A stretch of 64,000 nt of DNA, taken from NCBI GenBank assembly GCA_001800315.1, contig MGVE01000017.1:4942-68941 (forward strand), read 5' to 3'. Of the stretch, positions 59,601 through 64,000 are shown one piece after another. The stretch's first letter is position 1. Each line of letters opens with the position of its first letter. The notes under the pieces are model-generated. The model ran no database searches and was not told where the DNA came from. It saw only the letters and a program-made list of their open reading frames with translations. Position numbers and translations under genes: made by a program. This DNA comes from Elusimicrobia bacterium RIFOXYA2_FULL_47_53. Lineage in GTDB: Bacteria > Elusimicrobiota > Endomicrobiia > Endomicrobiales > XYA2-FULL-47-53.

Positions 59601-62600
59601 GATGAATCATTCCAAGGATGATTTTTCCGATGCGCAAAAATGGTTTACTCAGGGCTATTTAATGCAAGAGTATTCTATGTCTAAAGAAGAACACGCGAAG
59701 TTAAGGTCGGAGGTGAATAGTGCTTTTGATGAATACCAGAGACTTGTGTCAAAGGATAAGTCGGCTTTGAATCAGCGGGACAGAGATTCTATCGCTGATT
59801 ATGAAAATAAAGAACTGACCCTCGCCAAAAAGGATCTTATTGAAGTCGTTATGAAGGACAAATATACAAAGATTGGTATCACGGATGAAGAAGAAATAGA
59901 AATGATGCACAGGAGGTCCGAAGATAAGGAGAATCTTTTCGGTGTGTATACATTTATCTCTAATATGATTATTTCGGCCAGGGTAAATAATATTGATGCT
60001 GAGGAAAATGAGCTTATCAGGGTTTTTATGAAAGCCTATAATTTCGGCACAAAAAGTATGGATTTTTCTGAAAAGAATATGGTCCCATGGCTGGATGTGT
60101 CACTTTTTATCGTAATAAACTATTTTAAGACAGATTTTGCCGCGCAGTTCAATGAGAAGGATATCAGGTCGCCTGACTCTAAGATAAAAATATTGTTTGA
60201 AAAACTCAATGCTCCGATGCGTTATTCCAATAGGTGGCTTTTTAATAAGTATGACCCGGCCGGCAGTGGGGAAGCTCCCGAAATTACGGATAAACAGATT
60301 GAGCTGATTGCCCGTAAGATGTATGAGAGGATGGGCTATGTTGACCAGCAGATTGATATTCTTATTTCTATATTAAATACTGACCAGGCCGGAATAATAA
60401 AACTATATACCGCGTATATGTTTGTAGGTACCCTGCTGGAAGACTATGAGAAGAACAGAGTTAAGCAGATTGATGCGGATAAGGACCCTGTTAAAGACCT
60501 CGGCGAAGTTGACAAAGCGTCAAAACTGGCGGAGATGTATTTTAAATTATACCTGAAAGGCAAGGGTGGAGACTATCAAAACATACCCTGGTGGGATATC
60601 ACCAGGTTCATGCTTCAGGCGGAGATACTGGCAGGATTTAAATCGGAGGAAGAAGTTTTTGAGTATTATAAGAAAAGCTTTGGGTATGTGAATGCCTGGC
60701 TTGCGGATAAAAATTTTAAGGTGCCGGAAGATTTTGTTATTACGGTTGTAAAAAAGCCATATGGGGATTTGAATTACCCTGAAAGTAAAATAGATGTTAT
60801 TGTGAGAGAAACCTTGCCGCAGCTGAAACTATACACGGCATATATGTTCGCGGCTAAAATCATTGAGAGCCTTGATTATAATGGCGTTAAAGTTGACCCC
60901 CAGGAAGTTATCGCGGACTTTATGGAACTTTACAAATATGGCATTGCCGAGCAGAAAGACAAGCTGGGTGCTATACCATGGTTTGATTTTGCGAGTTATG
61001 CCGTTGTTGAATATCATGTTAATAAAGCCGACAAAGGCTGGAAAAATGTGAAGGAATATATTAACTCGGATTATTATAAGGGAACGCTTCCGTTAGTTCA
61101 GCGGTACATTACTGACTCCACGAAGCTTCCTGATGGCTTTGCGTACGAGAATGCCTTTAGAACCGAGCTGGTCATAAAGAATAAAAACACCGATCCGCGA
61201 AACGACCTTAGTAAGGAAGAAAACAGAAAGCAGTTATTGGAGATAAATGCCGTTCTCGGAGATCAAAGCGATGCTGTTAAGAATTTTAACGGTTACCTCG
61301 TCTTGGCCTCGCTTAAATTAAAGTATGAGGCAAGGTTTGGAGCGATAGCTGACAGGGATGAAAGGGCATGGTTGGAAACTGCCGCGTCCAGGCTTTTAAA
61401 CGCGTGGAAGACCTATCCCGGCAAGTATCCGAATCTGCCGATGATGAAGTCCGGTGTGTTGGAAAGCATAGTAATGGATTCCATGGTTTTCAGCGATCCT
61501 CTTGAAATAGAAAGAGCTCTTGGTTTGGATGAAGCAAATAGGCTAATGAGTGCGGATAATAATCTAGGGGTTTCTCAGGCCGTAAAAGATGACATCGCGA
61601 AAGAATTTACTCTTAGAACCAAAGTTGAGATAAAAGATGAGGCGGTCAAGGAGTATATGGCGGTGCTGACGGCTGTCAATCTTCTGAAAGTAAACTTTAT
61701 GGATGTAAGTAACGAAAATATTAATAAAGTGCTGGAAACGCGCTTGGCTATAAGGAATTTAAGCGCAAAATATCCCAGGCTTAAAATTAGCGAAAAGAGG
61801 GGTAATGCCGAGACTTGGACAATCTTTGCCATTGAGAACGGAATTGCTGTCGGCGACCTTGAAACAAAATATTTTGAGGTTATTTCCGCTAATTTTGACA
61901 AAATAAAGAGTTCTTTTACAGATGATGAAATGGCGATAAAGTTAAATAAAGGCTTGATTTCAGCTTTGATTGACCGTCGTACCGCGGCGGCGGAGTTCGG
62001 CGCCGAAGAGGACATGCTCGCGGATCCCGATATTGATGCTGACGATATAGTAGTAGAATTGGGAAGGTATCAGGTATCTAAAAGTATCGCATTGGGGCAG
62101 GATGTTGCTGATTTAGCTGTTTTCTTTGAGCTTTCAGGCAAGGTTAAGGCTGCGAACAAACCCCAGCTTGATGCGATGACAAATTCTTATAATAATGTTT
62201 TATCAAAACTGGATCTGAAGAATAGAGTGGAATCCAGTGATGATCTTAAGGAACTGATATCATATATTGTGCTTACGGAAAAAATTCAGGGAAAGTGTGA
62301 TTCGTTTGCTTCATCCATTGTCGCGTTAAAAAATGCTGTTTATGGCCCGGCAGCAACTCCTGAAATACGGGAAGCTTTCAGCCAATTTAAAGGCTTTGAT
62401 GAGCTTAGTGCCGGTATAGTTAAGAACCTGACAGCGATAAACAATAGCACGCCGGTCCTTGGAAAAATTGAATCCGTGCGAAAAGATAATGAAAGGTTGG
62501 CGGCATCTCTTGAATTTTCCTGGGCATTGTGGATGACTTTAAAAAATGTCCCTATCGGTGCTCTTGAGGAAATTATTGGCAATATTGAGTATGTTGAGGA

Positions 62601-64000
62601 AAAATACAGAGATGTAATCGGATTTATACCTTCGGATGAATCCGGTGTTACATTTACAGACGCTCTTGGAGTATATATCAGGGGCGATTACTGGAAGCCA
62701 ATGTATTGGCTTAACGCGGAGTATAAAAAAATACAGCCTGAATGGTGGGTAAATAATATTGTTAAAGAGAGTTATCAGAGGCTTTTTGATAAAGTTTTGG
62801 ACGACTCCGATCCTGATGGGAATGACGCGAAACTGCTGAAAGCATTTTATAAGAAGTATGAGCGTAAGCGGCCGTTGGGAGACGGAAAGGGTTTATTTGA
62901 CGAAATTGTAGATGACCTGGCCAACAACGGAGCCTATGAGTTAAACAAATCAGGCGAATTGGTGAGAGCTGACAAAAATACTTATAAGTTGCGAATTGAA
63001 TTGGCTCAGGAGCTTTACAATGCGAAAAACGAGATTTTAAATGATATTCAAAAGCAAAGGCGTTCAGATACTTTTATTAGGGAGGATGTGTCCGCGGCTT
63101 CAAAGTTGCTTAATGAGTTGCTGGATTCTCCTTCCCAGATGAAGGCGGAAGCCGCAAATATTGAAAATATACTTAATAGAAATCTTTATATGAATAAGAA
63201 AATGGCTTTGTTGATTTCGGTTGCGATGGCCGGATTGCTGTATGTTTTATGGAAAGTGTTGGATTTCTTTGGTAGGTCGCGCCCGCTGCCGGCGTCTTCG
63301 GTAGGCTTAGGATTTACAAAGGATGAAGTTCTTTCCAGAGTTGCAATGGGGAGCGCCGAAGGGTCGCAGGTTCACAATCTTGCGGTATCCTTGGTTGACC
63401 GTATGTTCGCTGACAGCGATAAGAGGACAGTTCTTAGTAAGGGAGAAGCGCGTTTAAGACATTCTGAAAGCTTAGACTTGCTGTCTGCGGCTATTTCATC
63501 AAATACAGATCTGCTGAAGAGCGTAGGAGTAAACAAAAACAATATTGAGGTTCTGGTATCGGATCAAATGCTGACAAAAGAAAATTCGCTCAGCTTTGGT
63601 TTAGTTCAGGTGCGAGATGGGAAGCTCTATTTTATTGTTTCCGAGATATTCTTAAACAGGCTGACTGACAGCGATAAAGAGATGCGTATAGGTCAATTTG
63701 TCAATTATTCTCTTAGAGAGTACGCTGCTATCAATGCGAAGAATTCGGATGAATATAACAAATTTGTCTATTCCCTTGATTCAAAGGTCGATGAGAAGGA
63801 TAGGACAAGGAGTGCTGTGAATTACAGGAAATATGCCATGGCAGGCACTAATGAAGATTTGATAGATATATTGAGTTTTGCAAAAAATAATATCCCCATT
63901 GATATAACTTATAAAAAAGCTGTTGGTGGCTTGCTTGCTGCGAATAAAGATGTCAAGGGCAAAAAAGCGGCGATAAAAGCGCTACTTACGGTTGCTAAAC
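47659..64000 (+). CDS. Giant mosaic membrane protein 2, 5' partial (at least 5,447 codons, runs off the window)
   Basis: Not in the ORF track because it has no stop in the window. Hand translation of frame 1 from ATG 47659 (GAGAGGG RBS) to 64000 found no stop codon. Only short ORFs are listed in other frames over these 16.3 kb. Confidence 0.85.
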   Translation, partial: MNIQKLKRKLMEGVARPVWGTLNAPVPVLLETASEYFSFIRAVAIVTVTCFIVSSIAGPAIAQVSQVAEENRKYAQVFDDFVLPYTAARITGASYSASPRVVIQIQDLHCHGEVQRNINRVLSLVNEKYPVSKIYLEGAYGSVDTSWLNAISDKEMRQAVVESLVDQGKLTGVEYFSASGNSVPVMGLEDKDIYNANLLRLGRILDSQADVDKALSGIELELARLKARYYNPKQKALDILSAKYRKEEVKTNDFYRELKKLGDKNGLDIYEYRNMTAFLGLMELEKELNYKRISRQLQEFIITLKQRLPYDAYKVLLEKMNDFSRLDELYVYLIKLDRDFKLGLSNTFPNLSTFFAYIDASQKVNPVNLVNEERRFVRELQKKLSANATEKEVVFIADFYSTLAEYYTNRLTAEDYEYYLKNEREFKVLWSKYSDSYYLSGLEPFNAILNDYYVANIERNRRFVKNILSASDTPAGTEASPYVNSVSETLKSLKNATEIDIVVTGGFHTLGLSELLAEKNISYLVITPNVTKDTKYASDVYNALAKQQFKVLLGEERPSTSAQIQGQTTDRFAKNTPQKGALALPVISGDEWDAGYIHSATLAQGGLGALVKANSDPNSVVGQINREILKDGRIKMSYNGENEYSLRDGSYGKIIQKYTVTPEGNVEIVGSSEFSSKPQAFGLTSKTQLISEVYISMLSVGVSAVPFMKLAEYTLAFQNMSVKALDNLVGKSRSYDGKTFKIVNDSRLEPASQKALAALKTKLLERRTELRQITEKFAPENTNGRMPVTINVVEGDVLPIDDDSLAFATVKLDNGTLVLYITEGLLKSISRIPAGDKKERIIKSLLQWELSEYIYLNVADNALETKDGLGRVVSLTYRDFYNKEMKEAQVKGDKWEFAELFAFADRERAKLQKLVYEEAKRVTLVPSTRNSIDKISDPVEKRQAYAAAIRSAVRAWTISYLNEYKKERAGDLVALVGEITPSSFYRNAESDEYVFAVEENARALSLDDLIAGIREKLVNDQLLGLGIAKGSQEEKDFFRLEARIPEAFYSISNEFNNLMPVKAVLTKLEGPQDALTAAELKNTDLARSIQVKVVMNELSDKANKIKADLVQKVLPAQIYRNIPTASILDPLINRLNISQSFAKFFTVILAPGWETIALYFAFNAFGFGWAVLGFAFAHTIVDWVVRTNQDGLAKAFSINNLKSDISKFSVRLLLAGAFVVPFEFFSPIAAGVISFITHAVYNYAVLSRGWSLPLASLTTPAFDLNKENRKLRIYRFLDEKCGIRTDKLNSKEVFWKDGVRTNLYTWIARRRLLPESTLTVAWGAALSDAAYIKSLDKSKLRDFAAQQGIDITNSRQPWADVTNLYQEKSRFFSLLRSELFGSKNMTFDELKFIPVRVNDKGEFEIIEYLLETTDKNGNDKTWVSREFGLTPSKYYYDKKLMKVSIRQYIDGYSAVKQELDEKNLFYEEELDRLIETGEISNIGRFGNIIKPAVIAVGTFFSTMFLSGTSYAAQVIQKGDSLWKIAKNQLINSGISSPRNAQISEMVDKIKEVNPAINPNLLRIGQEINVDVAEKVQPSVQPLVEAVANTPQAAETAAQAVTNVSANAAPAADVVSQALPQVADAASKLADFYQAVEPGARQGAEIAYPVVNAVQNAVPAVNTAVPSVNMFDSLVTSMQSTILDAFTYIQSIGQSYPSIAATVGIIAIAVGVVFLGYKAFLRNKAVETLVFRTKDEGLRSKNLTWLYESNRPIALNTAAKDYTLNNVREIIKINRQSKNGVEGLSGGKIKVDYSDSVLKQYSIYELSRLVEEIIRPQLSTGSKIRLSVINDLKRAPGVSISLLYRVTNGAFGSVSLNLAGHPEARLLYEQAGIFFDSGLIVPLLAIGKELYGASYEFPEPKDVGQEESMKEQESVLAKSLETARRVAAQEKKIEKPNEMDALASEVVTYMHEKARSGILLPWPVFSFLYKRGFFKKSAEKFRYAAEGQRRFTMPELLVSGRVAKLASVRLAAMGKGDAETKKKELEIERAKAEPDAAIINELERSIDMIEANGKIEALRKELDSINADIKKQAKQGVDNPLKGNARKGAIEFEIERSEFNLLNMKYQVQSEIRNEFIAKYQALAKKEVGDMDFSSYDKLFNNIVDKINIVVKAAGNDKDIADLSEMLGLPLEVVVGAIEGHRIGSDKLYLVNRLIKELNRYGSKYSSALEMLNYYKYDVEARDFVAGLVKNADTIIPDSFVKSNPAYFYEWFRISLQAFMGLGIYVLPALIFYGTAFVFMPIPIIFGVIFGLITYYVAWAPAHKFSLHVTGVFVKWFGRGVRGHERIKYIDRYIDDKYTADVPLRVSNVISKISASEDDFDVAIKYLRQTLERDIALLKRHPNNLEFNIIIRSDTNPYKSARNKEIVDYEMKVMRELIEEYREELPNLNIGYFNMGAREWVNNTNGKLGQGGFGMKAGGIALQMQLFEEGYTKSRIYVDESHEHSMRDNPVFCAVVATDLAKMLGHEKSHDTRDKAARGELNESIHRDILAGNDLKLTKDYGYRDTLSLLSDDKNIVLEVGETDKMLAIMLHPANKHIVMTTPHIVVTPPYIDGVPQSSWWWKLMKVSRDIHNEFNARLMASIYGNGSAFFGKGVVRQGKYYQNVFKRETLSIARILSHDWQESIFSVYTEALYGSLNYSVEILQKSEDEMLLQVNLNDDTRFVKIVFDRKKGQVEVYEEDYAGGDGKFTLAKVFLLKDICVSTEFNDLAGILKLSPEAAKDFKELQSKEVLRVYDLVSSGELKKVKDEKDKKEFISKKLSEFENLRGVSNLSAAEKEKAVENYKNDLLAAFDKKHILDKKIGAHMAELAERAEIKFNGDARKIAEYMLRRGNAYQNQLLAELKSAELARNIPIIKARMIDEFGHLMTIDHVSKIVTNSYGNSYSMGERDQLNPLTYLMRDARWLLGDIQMARTELPYKAFLPPAHQTHTEGIMRRLLGNSFFLAFVVLSNLIWIFPTVLALPAVVPIQVALILITAFGILYKDRIGDPFSYAVNMAKAEGRELSLVGRVVTYIPLFFQGIFEIVVTTLVSLLLVVISPLITFAMYLYEKSGKSPSWTPSSVVSTMELKKPISRKEFADMSARLELEGLSKDEIQMLRDSLSKEGNEKSEIISYILQSAQNQGLDIKAMQKDIKRIAGGISQKEYKDVLLFKAVKIGIFAVLTFGVFIWLGVTPVTAFSVYGILPLSFSLLGGMLAMRWAGQVRAYSSSSTPLWKKGVASAVLVSIMAGSVAGVMTARSVPTYDKSMIERALPLLSESPERYGYSEEVKKAFDQVKESQARANAYVPKSTVPGMALSGKISDVAAAQVPLTKVEAKPGVVMTKPAASVDVVLPPINAKAGRINTVREVFSADLLKFMKYAKVRAERKPLSEISLPDEEIKRGGGGELIKTGAALGFKRTQKSIAWAAVQTVAASFSSYIGIGINLISKVEAIAVIWEYGDKYPWLSLTGDISSTVFWSESRLYADRSMEDFARIYRWDDIAAMWKAGVAEDIPGYERYEYLQTAVVTLHYAGLPVTEQNVNKFLGHFTKENINKLVAKYPALENSLRPYQLLPEKARTGIKLFGILNLLLPPGMGVQLPTDLPVITLAQVAHQVISGDSGTVEVLTALAIANDMTLESLLDRMGFGYVNEAIDKKWAVNEKVFAEYVNRFQSDMKMQGLEKPEDFMKPESVTLSAHMANYQMVEAVWDTLVNEGLRSGRPSNNEIREIGEKLNNNMVEMWDIFSVWERGGKEKYPKIFKQAMISKGVADQYAMNMYLAMELAGKDKTVQEKAKQDYLMLLKKLQFDPALAVYNQYGFVEEGIVNDLMFMNEVGRRKLSYDPRSDEANNKDLIENINKTINGQRFEAKQLTALLWLASLDEELRANGFVHTDENGNKKYAEYEVKTSDRGNVLIKVTPLNAAKTYLELYGQGVRSYPDIPWSKVVGSYLMLFYHGHFGKVSDLMNHSKDDFSDAQKWFTQGYLMQEYSMSKEEHAKLRSEVNSAFDEYQRLVSKDKSALNQRDRDSIADYENKELTLAKKDLIEVVMKDKYTKIGITDEEEIEMMHRRSEDKENLFGVYTFISNMIISARVNNIDAEENELIRVFMKAYNFGTKSMDFSEKNMVPWLDVSLFIVINYFKTDFAAQFNEKDIRSPDSKIKILFEKLNAPMRYSNRWLFNKYDPAGSGEAPEITDKQIELIARKMYERMGYVDQQIDILISILNTDQAGIIKLYTAYMFVGTLLEDYEKNRVKQIDADKDPVKDLGEVDKASKLAEMYFKLYLKGKGGDYQNIPWWDITRFMLQAEILAGFKSEEEVFEYYKKSFGYVNAWLADKNFKVPEDFVITVVKKPYGDLNYPESKIDVIVRETLPQLKLYTAYMFAAKIIESLDYNGVKVDPQEVIADFMELYKYGIAEQKDKLGAIPWFDFASYAVVEYHVNKADKGWKNVKEYINSDYYKGTLPLVQRYITDSTKLPDGFAYENAFRTELVIKNKNTDPRNDLSKEENRKQLLEINAVLGDQSDAVKNFNGYLVLASLKLKYEARFGAIADRDERAWLETAASRLLNAWKTYPGKYPNLPMMKSGVLESIVMDSMVFSDPLEIERALGLDEANRLMSADNNLGVSQAVKDDIAKEFTLRTKVEIKDEAVKEYMAVLTAVNLLKVNFMDVSNENINKVLETRLAIRNLSAKYPRLKISEKRGNAETWTIFAIENGIAVGDLETKYFEVISANFDKIKSSFTDDEMAIKLNKGLISALIDRRTAAAEFGAEEDMLADPDIDADDIVVELGRYQVSKSIALGQDVADLAVFFELSGKVKAANKPQLDAMTNSYNNVLSKLDLKNRVESSDDLKELISYIVLTEKIQGKCDSFASSIVALKNAVYGPAATPEIREAFSQFKGFDELSAGIVKNLTAINNSTPVLGKIESVRKDNERLAASLEFSWALWMTLKNVPIGALEEIIGNIEYVEEKYRDVIGFIPSDESGVTFTDALGVYIRGDYWKPMYWLNAEYKKIQPEWWVNNIVKESYQRLFDKVLDDSDPDGNDAKLLKAFYKKYERKRPLGDGKGLFDEIVDDLANNGAYELNKSGELVRADKNTYKLRIELAQELYNAKNEILNDIQKQRRSDTFIREDVSAASKLLNELLDSPSQMKAEAANIENILNRNLYMNKKMALLISVAMAGLLYVLWKVLDFFGRSRPLPASSVGLGFTKDEVLSRVAMGSAEGSQVHNLAVSLVDRMFADSDKRTVLSKGEARLRHSESLDLLSAAISSNTDLLKSVGVNKNNIEVLVSDQMLTKENSLSFGLVQVRDGKLYFIVSEIFLNRLTDSDKEMRIGQFVNYSLREYAAINAKNSDEYNKFVYSLDSKVDEKDRTRSAVNYRKYAMAGTNEDLIDILSFAKNNIPIDITYKKAVGGLLAANKDVKGKKAAIKALLTVAK
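47950..49260 (+). other. N-terminal domain with Tiki/ChaN/TraB-superfamily-like motifs (tentative)
   Basis: 'VVIQIQDLHCHGEVQRNINRVLSLVNEKYPVSKIYLEGAYG' ... 'IDIVVTGGFHTLGLSELLAEKNISYLVI'. This follows the GxxH...E...GxxH pattern. Recognised by eye only. Confidence 0.3.
52195..52371 (+). other. LysM peptidoglycan-binding domain
   Basis: 'QVIQKGDSLWKIAKNQLINSGISSPRNAQISEMVDKIKEVNPAINPNLLRIGQEINVDV'. It is bracketed by TM segments 52120-52194 and 52750-52806. Confidence 0.75.
54640..56510 (+). other. OpgH / cyclic-glucan-synthase-like family-2 glycosyltransferase domain with a large insertion
   Basis: 'FNIIIRSDTNP', 'GMKAGGIAL' (55021-), 'LLSDD' (DD 55309-55314), 'GNGSAFFGKGVVR', 'ILSHDWQE' (SHD 55627-55635) and 'RDARWLLGDIQ' (56473-56505). 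TM clusters lie at 54415-54560, 56578-56920 and 57235-57480. Confidence 0.65.
59440..61480 (+). repeat. Tandem divergent ~130-170 aa helical repeats within giant protein 2
   Basis: Recurrent '(E/K)LY..G......(I/V)PW.D' cores at about 59470, 60020, 60530, 60910 and 61390. 'KLYTAYMF' occurs at 60403 and 60826. Confidence 0.6.

Noticed and set aside
50911-62015. Minus-strand ORFs of 120-170 aa inside giant ORF 2 (50911..51372, 53499..53954, 55990..56370, 57541..58002, 58422..58790, 61575..62015)
   Set aside because: Each is antisense to the continuous frame-1 ORF, which carries recognisable LysM and GT motifs. They lack RBSs and motifs, and ORFs of this length are expected by chance in AT-rich antisense frames.
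1-64000. tRNA, rRNA, tmRNA, transposase, integrase or phage genes
   Set aside because: I scanned the intergenic gaps by eye for cloverleaf-like arms and the ORF track for DDE, tyrosine-recombinase or capsid-like motifs, and found nothing convincing. A tRNAscan or Infernal run would be needed to be certain.

Overview
The window has two parts. All domain and family calls below were made by eye from translations. No HMM, BLAST, topology or structure tool was run.

**1..18.4 kb, housekeeping and efflux genes on the + strand**
- tig-clpP-clpX-lon cluster.
- A class-V aminotransferase followed by serA.
- An ABC-2 type transporter: ATPase, permease and a TPR-like membrane protein.
- A tetR, tolC-like and RND pump operon.
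- The intergenic gaps here are packed with hairpin-forming repeat modules. One is a ~230-bp multi-hairpin element present twice.

**18.4..64 kb, accessory region with no recognisable housekeeping function**
- Four leader-bearing proteins on the - strand (three signal-peptide-like, one N-terminal membrane anchor). One is YD/RHS-repeat-like.
- An outer-membrane beta-barrel fused to TPR repeats.
- An orphan receiver domain.
- Two consecutive giant ORFs on the + strand.

**The giant ORFs**
- Giant ORF 1 (29224..46872, 5,882 aa) contains three C39-like papain-fold modules, of which only one keeps Cys and His. It also has Gly/Ala-rich hydrophobic blocks and a SecA-like ATPase motor.
- Giant ORF 2 starts at 47659 and is still open at base 64000, at least 5,447 codons. 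It is missing from the supplied ORF track because it has no stop in the window; I translated it by hand.
- Giant ORF 2 contains a LysM domain between transmembrane (TM) helices and an OpgH/Cgs-like glucan-synthase domain flanked by TM clusters.
- Each giant ORF is preceded by a small paralogous membrane protein. Each small gene sits behind a near-consensus promoter with a homologous leader.

I consider this duplicated 'small TM protein + giant mosaic membrane protein' locus the candidate novel system. A candidate-phylum origin such as Omnitrophota is only a guess.
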